Part shown: in pieces, positions 53,036 through 62,153 of the stretch
Numbering within the stretch: position 1 is the stretch's first letter
Layout of the letters: every line of letters begins with the position of its first letter
NCBI RefSeq assembly: GCF_013004595.1
Contig: NZ_JABEMC010000003.1
Coordinates: forward strand, 124,001 to 188,000
DNA: 64,000 nucleotides
DNA from: Brevibacterium luteolum
GTDB lineage: Bacteria; Actinomycetota; Actinomycetes; Actinomycetales; Brevibacteriaceae
Direction of reading: 5' to 3'
Translations under genes and position numbers: made by a program
The notes under the pieces: generated by a model
Told to the model about the DNA's origin: nothing
The model's database searches: none
What the model saw: the letters and a program-made list of their open reading frames with translations, nothing else

Positions 53036-56000
53036 TCAGCGCCGGGGCCGGACGAACGGGAAGGTCAGAACCTCCCGGACGGTCGTATCGGTCATGAGCA
53101 TGACGAGCCGGTCCATGCCGATGCCCAGACCGCCTGCCGGCGGCATACCAGCTTCGAGGGCGGCGAGGAAGTCCTCATCGATCTCCATGGCCTCGGCATC
53201 ACCATGGGCGGCCTTCCACGACTGCTCAGTCAGGCGGCGGCGCTGTTCGATGGGATCGGCCAGTTCCGAATACGCTGTTCCGACCTCCATGCCGTTGATG
53301 ACGAGGTCCCAGCGTTCGACCAGACCCGGCTTGGAACGATGCGGTCCGGTCAGCGGCGACGACTCAGCAGGGAAATCGCAGTAGAAGGTCGGGGTGACGG
53401 TCTCGGCTTCGACCAGTTCGCCGTAGAGCTCCTCGATGATCGCTCCGGGACCCATCGTCGGAGTCAGCTCGATGCCGTGGGCGCGGGCGAGCTCCATGAG
53501 GACCTCCATATCGGTGTCCAGAGAGATCGGTGTGTCCAGTCTCTGCGACAGTGCCTCGCACACCGGCACCAGTGGCCAGTCACCGGAGACATCGGTCAGC
53601 TCTTTGAGCGGAGCTCCGCTGTCATCAGCCTCTCCGGTGAGCAGCGGCAGCTGCGGGCTGCCGTGGATGGATGCTGCGACCGTCTGGATGAGGTGCTGGG
53701 TCAGGTGGGCCATATCGACATAGTCGGAGAACGGCTCATAGGCCTCGAGCGCGGTGAACTCCGGGTTGTGGGTGGCATCGGCACCCTCATTGCGGAAGTT
53801 GCGCGACAGCTCGAAGATCGGCCCGGAACCTGCCACGAGGAGACGCTTGAGGTACAGCTCTGGGGCGATGCGCAGGGTCAGCGGAGTCGAATAGGCGTTG
53901 ATGTAGGTGTGGAAGGGCCGGGCAGTCGCACCGCCGTGAACGGTGTTGAGCACCGGCGTCTCGACCTCGGCGAAGCCGCGCTCGGTCAGCACCCGGCGGG
54001 TGGTCGCCATCACCTGCGACCGCGTTTCGAGCAGGCGCAGCGCTGCCGGGTTGACGAGCAGATCGAGAGATCGGTGCCGGGCCCGGAACTCCGCATTGCC
54101 GATGCCCTCGAACGGGATCGGCACAAGCGCCTTGGCCGCCGGCGTCAGCCCGGTGGCGAGCACCGACGGGGTGCCGGTGCGTGAGCGCCCCCGCCGGCCG
54201 GTGACCACGACGATGTCACCGGTGTCGAGAGCATCGGTGAGTGCCGCGAAGTCACCGTCGAGGCTGTCGCGCTCGAGCACCACCTGCACGGTCACGTCAC
54301 GGTCGATGAGGTCGGCGAAGACGACACCGCCGTGCCGGCGCAGATGCCGGATCCGGCCGCTGACCGGCACCTCGTCGGGCCACGCATCGATCCCGCCGAC
54401 CTCGGCCAGCGACCGCTGTGCCCGCAGCCCGATCGGATACGGCGGCAGGCCGGCCGCCTGCAGCTGCGCGGCGTGGGCGATGCGGTGCTGCGTCACCGGT
54501 GCACGGCGGGCCTGCTGCGGCATCCGCTCAGCCCGCACCGCGCTCAGCGCTGCGCTGAGCTCCTGCAGCTCGGAGTCGTTGAGTTCACCACCGGCTGCCG
54601 GCCGGCCGAACACCTCCGGCAGGAAGCCCTCCGCCATCGAGAAGGCCAGCGCGGCCGGGGCGAGGGCACCGGAGACCGGTACGCACAGATAGCGCGGACG
54701 CCAGTCGGGCAGGTACTTCTTGTTCGAGCGGTACAGCGATTCGAGCTGAAAGTAGCGGTCCAAGAAGCCGAGCAGCCGGGACTGGAAGTCAACGCTCGGC
54801 CTGCGTCCGACGCGTTCGGCTTCGGAGAACACGCGGCGAAACATCACGAAGTTGAGCGACACCTCGTTGATGCCGTGCTCCTCAGCCCAGCCGACGAGTG
54901 CTGCGACCATCGCCTCGGTGATGCCGTTGGGGGCCAGCCGGCGGTCATGGCGCATGACATCGAGACTCAGCCCAGAGCCGACGGGAACGAAGCTCAGCAG
55001 CCCGACCGGCCCCTCGGCGCCGGCGGCGGTGACGATGACGGTGTCAGCGTCAGCGGGATCGCCCCAGCGATTCAGCGCCATCGTGAACCCGCGGTCGGCC
55101 TCCCCGCCACGCCACCTCTCAGCGCACCGGCCCCACTCCTGCAGCTCCGCGGTGGGCAGCTCGGAGAGCCGCCTGACCTGGATCGACACACCGGCCCGGG
55201 CGACGCGCTTGGCGGCGCGGGCGACCTCAGCCAGGCCTGAGAGGTGCAGATCGAACTGCTGCGGGCGGATGATCGCCTCATCGCCCATCGGGATGATCGA
55301 GAAGCCGCGTGCGGCGAAGGCGCGGGCGCCGGCTTCGGAGACCGAACAGGCCACCGGGACCTGCCCGAAGGAGTGGGCGTGGGCGATCCAGCGATCGACC
55401 GCCTGCCCCCAATGCGCCGGATTGCCCAGCGGGTCCCCGCCGGCGAGGCTGTGGGAGCCCTGCTGGCGGAAGGTCACCGCGGCGTCGTCACCGGGGGAGA
55501 AGATCGCATCCCGGTCGCGGCGGGTGGCGAAGTACGCCAGCGAGTCCTCACCCGGGAAGCGCTCGAGGAGGGTGCGCAGCCGGATTTCCTGCGCCGCATG
55601 CCAGGAGCCCGGCGTGCGGGTCGGCCGCAGCAGCACGTAGACGGTGAGGAAGATCGTCACCGCCGTCAGCGTCGAGATCGTCACCGGCACCCAGAACGGC
55701 AGATGCCTGACATCGAACTGGTCGGGATCACCCGCCGAGAAGGCCCGCAGCAGTGCAGCGGTCACCGCGTCGAAGCCGAACTCGGCATCGTGGATCGTCA
55801 GCGCCGAGGCGATGACGGCGTAGGCAAGGGTGACGAGGCCGCCGATGATGAAGACGATGCTCGCGCGCAGCCCGGCGGTGAAGCCGACGCGGGCGGGGAA
55901 CATCGGCAGCAGCCAGATGCCCAGGGCGATGATCGCCAGTGAGGCGATGAGGCTGAGGATGTGCAGACTGACGATCGCGACGAGCATCGCCGTGGTCTCG

Positions 56001-56326
56001 ATGCCGAGGTGGTCGTTGGCGGCGGCGACGAGGACACCGCTGGCGGCGAGCAGGCCGAGGAGCTCGAAGGCGATGATGATGCCCAGTGCCAGCCGCATCC
56101 GCCGCATGAGCATCCACGCCAGGATGAACAGGGTGACGATCGATGCCGGGTTCGGTGCCAGCGGCGTGATGAAGGTGCCGAACACGATGCCCGGCCAGAA
56201 GCCCAGTCCCGGCGCCAGCCGATCGAGCAGCCAGATCGCCAGCGCGCAGAAGGCGGCAGCGAGATAGACGCTTGTAAGGATGCGGGAGGCGCGCTCGCGG
56301 CGCGGGGAAAACGGTGCAGAGTGCAT
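53036..56326 (-). CDS. lysX: Bifunctional lysylphosphatidylglycerol synthase (MprF/DUF2156)/lysine--tRNA ligase LysX
   Basis: N-terminal TMs, DSLAYFATRRD, GDPLG, RGFTMAL, SLDVMR, then a class II LysRS (LRIAPELYLKRL, FRNEG, HNPEFT, GMPPAGGLGIGMDR). Confidence 0.92.
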   Translation of the reverse strand: MHSAPFSPRRERASRILTSVYLAAAFCALAIWLLDRLAPGLGFWPGIVFGTFITPLAPNPASIVTLFILAWMLMRRMRLALGIIIAFELLGLLAASGVLVAAANDHLGIETTAMLVAIVSLHILSLIASLAIIALGIWLLPMFPARVGFTAGLRASIVFIIGGLVTLAYAVIASALTIHDAEFGFDAVTAALLRAFSAGDPDQFDVRHLPFWVPVTISTLTAVTIFLTVYVLLRPTRTPGSWHAAQEIRLRTLLERFPGEDSLAYFATRRDRDAIFSPGDDAAVTFRQQGSHSLAGGDPLGNPAHWGQAVDRWIAHAHSFGQVPVACSVSEAGARAFAARGFSIIPMGDEAIIRPQQFDLHLSGLAEVARAAKRVARAGVSIQVRRLSELPTAELQEWGRCAERWRGGEADRGFTMALNRWGDPADADTVIVTAAGAEGPVGLLSFVPVGSGLSLDVMRHDRRLAPNGITEAMVAALVGWAEEHGINEVSLNFVMFRRVFSEAERVGRRPSVDFQSRLLGFLDRYFQLESLYRSNKKYLPDWRPRYLCVPVSGALAPAALAFSMAEGFLPEVFGRPAAGGELNDSELQELSAALSAVRAERMPQQARRAPVTQHRIAHAAQLQAAGLPPYPIGLRAQRSLAEVGGIDAWPDEVPVSGRIRHLRRHGGVVFADLIDRDVTVQVVLERDSLDGDFAALTDALDTGDIVVVTGRRGRSRTGTPSVLATGLTPAAKALVPIPFEGIGNAEFRARHRSLDLLVNPAALRLLETRSQVMATTRRVLTERGFAEVETPVLNTVHGGATARPFHTYINAYSTPLTLRIAPELYLKRLLVAGSGPIFELSRNFRNEGADATHNPEFTALEAYEPFSDYVDMAHLTQHLIQTVAASIHGSPQLPLLTGEADDSGAPLKELTDVSGDWPLVPVCEALSQRLDTPISLDTDMEVLMELARAHGIELTPTMGPGAIIEELYGELVEAETVTPTFYCDFPAESSPLTGPHRSKPGLVERWDLVINGMEVGTAYSELADPIEQRRRLTEQSWKAAHGDAEAMEIDEDFLAALEAGMPPAGGLGIGMDRLVMLMTDTTVREVLTFPFVRPRR

Positions 56327-56435
56327 ATGGAGGATTCGCTATCGGGTCAGCAGCGGGAGGGGACAGGGCGAGGCGGCGCGTCGGAGCGCGCTGCTTCACT
56401 GTAGCGAATCCCGCTGGGAGACCCGGTGGGCAGCA

Positions 56436-56467
56436 GCAGAGCCCGCCGGTGATCCGACGGGCTCTGC
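56436..56467 (-). terminator. Hairpin downstream of the 87-aa gene
   Basis: GCAGAGCCCG.CGG-tgat-CCG.CGGGCTCTGC. Confidence 0.55.
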
Positions 56468-56480
56468 CCAGTGCTGCGAT

Positions 56481-56744
56481 TCAGTGCCGCCAGGTGTCGA
56501 CGGGTGGATCGCCTTCGGTCTTGCTGATGATGAGGTGGGTGCCGTCTTCCTGCAGAATCGCCTCATCTCCGTGTGCTGCCGCAGTCGCGGCAGTGCGCGC
56601 CTCGGAATCGTCTTCGACATAGCCGACGCGTTCGCCCTTGCCGACCTGCGCGTCGCCAAGCACCTTCTCGGCGGCCTCTTCGATCTTGTCGAGGCCCTTC
56701 GAGCCTGAGCTGCTCGATTCCTGTCCGCTCTTCGTCATGGTCAT
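56481..56744 (-). CDS. Small acidic hypothetical protein (87 aa)
   Basis: Strong GAAGGAGG RBS, upstream TAAGCT, host-like codons, terminator-like hairpin after the stop. Confidence 0.7.
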   Translation of the reverse strand: MTMTKSGQESSSSGSKGLDKIEEAAEKVLGDAQVGKGERVGYVEDDSEARTAATAAAHGDEAILQEDGTHLIISKTEGDPPVDTWRH

Positions 56745-56817
56745 CGCCTCCTTCGTTCATCCAGCTTATGCCGACACTCACGCGCTTGGAAACCTCAACG
56801 GGCGTGTCGGTGACCGC

Positions 56818-57234
56818 TCAGCTCAGGGTGTCGAAGAACTCCCGCGCTGCATCGTCGAACGGTTCGGAGCGGCGGGTGCTTGTGCGGATCTGCACCATCA
56901 CCGATTCGGCTCGCGCACACACGGCCTCGTCGACGACGATCACCTGTTCGACCGTCAGCGAGGAGGAGCCGACCCGGCTGATCCGGCTGCCAATCGTCAC
57001 GGTGCCCGGCCAGTGGACTTCCTGCAGATAGTCGATCGTGATCCGCGCGAGCACGAATTCGCGGTCGGCGACCTCGGCGTGCTGCTCGATCTGGGAGATG
57101 ATCTCGACGCGACCGGTTTCGAAGAACGTCGCGAAGACCGCGTTGTTGATGTGGCCCTGTCTGTCGGTGTCGGAATAGCGCAGCTTGTCCGTCGTGGTGA
57201 GCGGAAAATCCGCTGGAGAGAGATCGTCGTGCAT
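56818..57234 (-). CDS. Acyl-CoA thioesterase (4HBT hotdog family)
   Basis: LRYSDTDRQGHINNAVF, FETGR, IDYL, VGSSS. Confidence 0.9.
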   Translation of the reverse strand: MHDDLSPADFPLTTTDKLRYSDTDRQGHINNAVFATFFETGRVEIISQIEQHAEVADREFVLARITIDYLQEVHWPGTVTIGSRISRVGSSSLTVEQVIVVDEAVCARAESVMVQIRTSTRRSEPFDDAAREFFDTLS

Positions 57235-57418
57235 ACCCCCATCGTGGCACAGTGGAGAGCAGCATCGAGGCCATCCTCTTGCCGGGAGCGGTCCGCATGT
57301 CGGCTCATGTGTGCAGCGGATGAAATCCGCTATATAGTCAGGTCTGCATGTGACGTGCTGGCGTGGCAGAATGATTGAAGCCTGAACCAGTCACCCCGAT
57401 CAATGGAAAGGCGGAGCC

Positions 57419-57817
57419 ATGGCTGATCTGCGGATCTCCAATGCTGCTTTGTTCATGGGGGTCAGTGATGACACCCTTCGCCGGTGGATCCACGCCGGAA
57501 AGCTCTCCCAGCGCCTCGACAGCAGCGGGCGCGCCGTCGTCGATGGAGCTGAACTCGCCGAGCTGGCCCGCGCGACCGCGGTCGTGCCGAAGGATCCGGC
57601 CGCTGTGCAGTCCTCGGCCCGCAACCGGTTCGTCGGTCTCGTCACCGCCGTGAAGAAGGACGGCGTCATGGCCCAGGTCGATGTTCAGTGCGGTCCGTAC
57701 CGGGTCGTCTCGCTCATGTCGGCCGAGGCCGTCGAGGAGCTTGAGCTCACCGTCGGCGACGTCACAACCGCCGTCGTCAAGGCCACCCAGGTGCTGCTGG
57801 AGATGCCGAAGCGCTGA
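57419..57817 (+). CDS. HTH-TOBE molybdate-responsive regulator
   Basis: GVSDDTLRRW HTH plus SSARN...VKAT TOBE domain; upstream of modABC. Confidence 0.88.
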   Translation: MADLRISNAALFMGVSDDTLRRWIHAGKLSQRLDSSGRAVVDGAELAELARATAVVPKDPAAVQSSARNRFVGLVTAVKKDGVMAQVDVQCGPYRVVSLMSAEAVEELELTVGDVTTAVVKATQVLLEMPKR

Positions 57818-57867
57818 CTCGGGTGCGGCGCGTGTGTGCAGGCGCACCCGCCCAGACCTCTATAGAT

Positions 57868-57879
57868 CCGCATCTGCGG
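57868..57879. promoter_or_regulatory. Palindrome CCGCA-TC-TGCGG upstream of modA
   Basis: Perfect 5-2-5 palindrome; degenerate copies nearby and upstream of the regulator. Confidence 0.45.
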
Positions 57880-58008
57880 GTCGAGATGAAAAGAGACTCT
57901 TAATCATCGTGTGGAATCCTGCACATCGAACGCACATGCAGTGCTACGGTGTGCTCAAGCTGGCGCGGACTGCTGCCAGCATGGACACGCAGCAAGGGAG
58001 CCACACTC

Positions 58009-58797
58009 ATGAAATCGACGCTCATCACCACCGGTGCGCTCACGGCGGCTGCCGCCCTCATGCTCAGCGCCTGCTCCCGCGGATCCGGCAACAGCGCCGG
58101 GTCAGGCATCGGCGCCGAGTCCGACGGCGGCTCCATCACCGTCTTCGCCGCCGCCTCGCTCAACCAGGTCTTCGCCGACCTCGGCGAGTCCTTCGAGGAG
58201 GAGACCGGGACCTCCGTCGACTTCTCCTTCGGCGGTTCCTCCGACCTCGTCGCCCAGATGCAGGCCGGGGCGCCGGCCGATGTGTTCGCCTCCGCCAATG
58301 AGAAGAACATGGACAAGATGACTGATGAGGACCTGATGGAAGACCAGCCGCAGATGTTCGCCACCAACACCCTCACCATCGTCACCGCCCCGGACAATCC
58401 CAGGGGCGTTGAAGACCTGCACAGCCTGAGCGCCGATGACATCTCACTGGTCATCTGCGCACCCGAGGTGCCCTGCGGTGCCGCCACCCAGGAGGTCGCC
58501 GAACTCGCCGACGTCGAGCTCAAGCCGGTGAGTGAGGAGAACGCCGTGACCGATGTGCTCGGCAAGGTCACCTCAGGCCAGGCTGACGCCGGACTCGTGT
58601 ACGTCACCGACGCCACCGGTGCCGGCGATGACGTCACCGCCGTCGACTTCCCGGAGTCCTCCGATGTCATCAACGACTACCCGATCGGTGTGCTGAAGTC
58701 CTCGGAGAACGCCGAGGCCGCCCAGCAGTGGGTCGACTACGTGCTCTCCGACACCGGCCGGGAAGCGCTGGCTGACGCCGGCTTCGGCGCACCGTGA
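58009..58797 (+). CDS. modA: Molybdate ABC transporter substrate-binding lipoprotein
   Basis: Lipobox [35 protein letters not shown]. Confidence 0.95.
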   Translation: MKSTLITTGALTAAAALMLSACSRGSGNSAGSGIGAESDGGSITVFAAASLNQVFADLGESFEEETGTSVDFSFGGSSDLVAQMQAGAPADVFASANEKNMDKMTDEDLMEDQPQMFATNTLTIVTAPDNPRGVEDLHSLSADDISLVICAPEVPCGAATQEVAELADVELKPVSEENAVTDVLGKVTSGQADAGLVYVTDATGAGDDVTAVDFPESSDVINDYPIGVLKSSENAEAAQQWVDYVLSDTGREALADAGFGAP

Positions 58798-59579
58798 GTC
58801 ACGCTGGTCTGCCGCGCTGGCTGTGGCTGCCCGCAGCCTGCGGGGCGGCCATCGTCATCGTGCCCATCATTGGGCTGCTGACGCAGGTGCCCTACGCGTC
58901 CCTGTGGGAGCTCATCAGCTCGGATTCGGCGCTGACTGCCCTGCGCCTGTCGCTGCAGACCTCGCTGGCGGCTACTGTGCTGTGCGTGCTCGGCGGAGTG
59001 CCGCTGGCCTTCGTGCTGGCCCGCACCCGGTTCCCCGGCCGGCGAGTGCTGCGCTCGCTGGGCCTGCTGCCCTTGGTGCTGCCGCCGGTCGTCGGCGGCA
59101 TCGCACTGCTGTACACCTTCGGGCGCGTGGGCCTCATCGGCCGCTACCTCGAAGCAGGCGGCATCTCGATCGCCTTCACCGGCATCGCTGTCGTGCTCGC
59201 CCAGACCTTCGTGTCGCTGCCCTTCATGGTCATGACGCTTGAAGGCGCGTTGCGCAGCACCGACCCGCGCTATGAGCGCATCGCCGCGGGCCTGGGTGCC
59301 AGCCCCACCCGCACTCTGCTGACGGTGACGATACCGGTGCTCGCCCCAGCCCTCGCCTCGGGCACGGTGCTGTGCTTCGCCCGGGCACTCGGCGAGTTCG
59401 GCGCCACCCTGACCTTTGCCGGATCGCTGCAGGGCAGCACCCGCACGATGCCGCTGGAGATCTACCTGGCCCGCGAAACCGACCCGGCCCAGGCGATCGC
59501 GCTGTCGGTTGTGCTCATGATCATCGCCTTCACTATCGTCGTGGCCACCTACCGCACCCCGAAGCAGGCGCGCGCATGA
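58794..59579 (+). CDS. modB: Molybdate ABC transporter permease
   Basis: [29 protein letters not shown]. Confidence 0.94.
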   Translation: MSHAGLPRWLWLPAACGAAIVIVPIIGLLTQVPYASLWELISSDSALTALRLSLQTSLAATVLCVLGGVPLAFVLARTRFPGRRVLRSLGLLPLVLPPVVGGIALLYTFGRVGLIGRYLEAGGISIAFTGIAVVLAQTFVSLPFMVMTLEGALRSTDPRYERIAAGLGASPTRTLLTVTIPVLAPALASGTVLCFARALGEFGATLTFAGSLQGSTRTMPLEIYLARETDPAQAIALSVVLMIIAFTIVVATYRTPKQARA

Positions 59580-60283
59580 GCGAACTGCATGCTGAGATCA
59601 CCCTGCCGGCTCGCGGACTCGACATCGACATCGCGGTCCCGGCCAGCTCGACGACTGCCCTCATCGGGCCAAATGGGGCCGGGAAGTCGACGACCTTCGA
59701 TGTGCTCTCCGGGCTGCTGACCCCGCCCGAGGCGGAGATCACCCTGAGTGATCGCCCGATTGTGCGCACCACAGGCCGGAAGGTGCGGGTGCCGTCTCAC
59801 AAACGCGGGATCGTGCAGCTGGCGCAGGCCCCGCTGCTGTTTCCCACCATGACGGTTGCCGACAACGTCGCCTTCGCGCTGCGCTGCCGTGGGGTGGCCC
59901 GGCGCGACGCCCACGCCCGGGCGGTGGAGATGCTTGAGCGCGTCGATCTGACCGGTATGGAGGACAGGCGGCCGCACCAGCTCTCCGGCGGTCAGGCGCA
60001 GCGGGCGGCGATCGCCCGGGCTGCGATCGCTGAGCCGGATCTGCTGCTGCTCGATGAGCCGATGTCAGCCCTCGACCGCGACAGTGTCCCGCACATCCGC
60101 GCGCTGCTGGCCGAGCTGCTCGGTGATGCCACCGCGCTGCTCATCAGTCATGATCGGGCCGATGTCGAGGCGCTGGCCGACCGGGTCATCGTGCTCGACG
60201 ACGGAGCGGTCGTCCAGACGGGGACCACAGCCGAAGTGGCGGCGAACCCGGTGCCCGGATTCGCCAGCCGCTTCTTCAGCTGA
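59576..60283 (+). CDS. modC: Molybdate ABC transporter ATP-binding protein
   Basis: [25 protein letters not shown]. Confidence 0.9.
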   Translation: MSELHAEITLPARGLDIDIAVPASSTTALIGPNGAGKSTTFDVLSGLLTPPEAEITLSDRPIVRTTGRKVRVPSHKRGIVQLAQAPLLFPTMTVADNVAFALRCRGVARRDAHARAVEMLERVDLTGMEDRRPHQLSGGQAQRAAIARAAIAEPDLLLLDEPMSALDRDSVPHIRALLAELLGDATALLISHDRADVEALADRVIVLDDGAVVQTGTTAEVAANPVPGFASRFFS

Positions 60284-60294
60284 CGCGCTGTCGC

Positions 60295-61932
60295 TCAGTA
60301 GGCCTTGACGCGCTGTTCGACGATGAGGTGGATGACGGCGAACTGGCCGTTCTCAGTTGCCTTGAACGCCTCATCGAGGACACCGGGGATGTCCTTGTCC
60401 TGCTCGACCCGGACGCCGAAGCCGCCGAAGGCCTGCGCGAAGAGCGCGAAGTCCGGGTTCTCCAGCTGCGTGCCCGAGACCCGCTTCGGGTACGCCCGCT
60501 CTTGATGGGTGCGGATGGTGCCGTACTCCTGGTTGTCCATCACGATGATGAGCGGGGTGGCGCCGTACTGCTTGGCGGTGGCGAGTTCCTGGGCGTTCAT
60601 GAGGAACTCACCGTCACCGGCGATCGAGATGACCTGCCGCTTCGGGTACTGCAGGCTCGCCGCCACCGCCGATGGTACCGAGTAGCCCATCGAGCCGTTG
60701 CGGGCCGAGATCATCGAGGCATAGCCGTTGGTGGGGAAGTAGCGGTGCGCCCAGTTCGTGTGCTCACCGGCACCGAAGGTCACCATCGCATCCTCATCGA
60801 GACGCTTGACGAGATTGGCCATCATCGTCGTCATCTTCGCCTGCCCGTCACCGGGCTCAGCTGACGGCGGGGTGGAGAACTCGACCTGCTTGGCGCGCAG
60901 CTCATTCGTCCACGTCCGCCACGAATCGCACACCGGCAGATCCATGCGCACGAGATCACGGACGAACACATCGGGCTTGGCCACGATCTGGTGGGTCACC
61001 GGTCCTGAGCGTCCGCGCAGCGACGGGTCGATGGTGACGATGAAGTTCTTGCGCTCCCAGTTCTGCCGGGCGGTGAACCCATCAGTGATGACGTCACCGG
61101 GAACAGTGCCGACGAAGACGAGCAGATCGGAGCCGTCGAGCACCTCGTGGGTGTGCTGCGGGCGCCCATAGCCCAGCGGGCCGACATAGCTCGGCGAGCC
61201 GAACGGGACGGTGCCCTCACAGCGCCACTCGGCAGCTGCCGGCAGATTGTGCGACTCCAGCCACTGGGTGAAGGTGTCGGCACCCTCATCGGTCCAGTCG
61301 TTGCCGCCGAAGACGAACAGCGGCCGCTCAGCCTCCATGAGTGCGGACTTCAGCGCCTTCCAGTCGGTGACGGTCATGCCGCCCTGCGCGACGGGGATCT
61401 GCGGGTGGATGATCCCGTCATTCGGCTGGGTGATGATGTCCTCCGGCAGCCCGACGACCACCGGGCCAGGACGGCCGGACACAGCAGCGAACATCGCCTC
61501 GGCCACAATCTCGGAGGCGCGCTCCGGGTGGTCGAGGATCATGACGCGCTTGGCGCCGGTGTCGAACCACGCCTTAGGGTCGAACTCCTGGAAGGCCTCC
61601 TTCTCGCGGTGCTCGAACGGGATGAGCCCAACGAAGAGCACCATCGCCGTCGAATCCTGCCAGGCGGTGTGCAGGCCCACGTGCGCATTCGCCGCGCCCG
61701 GCCCGCGGGTGACCATCGCGATGCCCGGCAGCTCTCCGAGCTTGCCGTCGGCTTCAGCCATGTAGGCCGCCCCACCCTCATGGCGGCACACGACAGTGTC
61801 GATCGGCGAGTCGTGCAGCCCATCGAGCACGTCGAGGAAACTCTCGCCGGGCACGACATAGACGCGCTTGACGCCATGGGCGGCCAGTGACTTGACGATC
61901 ACATGACCGGCGGAGATCGCGGGAGCTGGCAT
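60295..61932 (-). CDS. TPP-dependent enzyme, acetolactate synthase large-subunit-like
   Basis: VPGESFL, RHEGGAAYMA, TRGPG, GSMGY, GDGEFLMN...DNQEYGTIR. Confidence 0.9.
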   Translation of the reverse strand: MPAPAISAGHVIVKSLAAHGVKRVYVVPGESFLDVLDGLHDSPIDTVVCRHEGGAAYMAEADGKLGELPGIAMVTRGPGAANAHVGLHTAWQDSTAMVLFVGLIPFEHREKEAFQEFDPKAWFDTGAKRVMILDHPERASEIVAEAMFAAVSGRPGPVVVGLPEDIITQPNDGIIHPQIPVAQGGMTVTDWKALKSALMEAERPLFVFGGNDWTDEGADTFTQWLESHNLPAAAEWRCEGTVPFGSPSYVGPLGYGRPQHTHEVLDGSDLLVFVGTVPGDVITDGFTARQNWERKNFIVTIDPSLRGRSGPVTHQIVAKPDVFVRDLVRMDLPVCDSWRTWTNELRAKQVEFSTPPSAEPGDGQAKMTTMMANLVKRLDEDAMVTFGAGEHTNWAHRYFPTNGYASMISARNGSMGYSVPSAVAASLQYPKRQVISIAGDGEFLMNAQELATAKQYGATPLIIVMDNQEYGTIRTHQERAYPKRVSGTQLENPDFALFAQAFGGFGVRVEQDKDIPGVLDEAFKATENGQFAVIHLIVEQRVKAY

Positions 61933-62153
61933 GCTGCTCACATCCTCTGTGTGACGTGGGGCTCTATGTGGATTGGAGAAACTGTACCAACCCGTCCACC
62001 CCTGCGCCGCCTGTCTCACGGGCTGGTGACCGAGGTGTCGGACGACCGCTCCCGAGGTGTGGGGCACGCTAGGCTGACAGCGGCGGCTTCCAGCATCCCG
62101 GCAGCAGCCGGAGAGCACGGTCTGGAGACGACCGGATCAATGGGGGAGACGAG

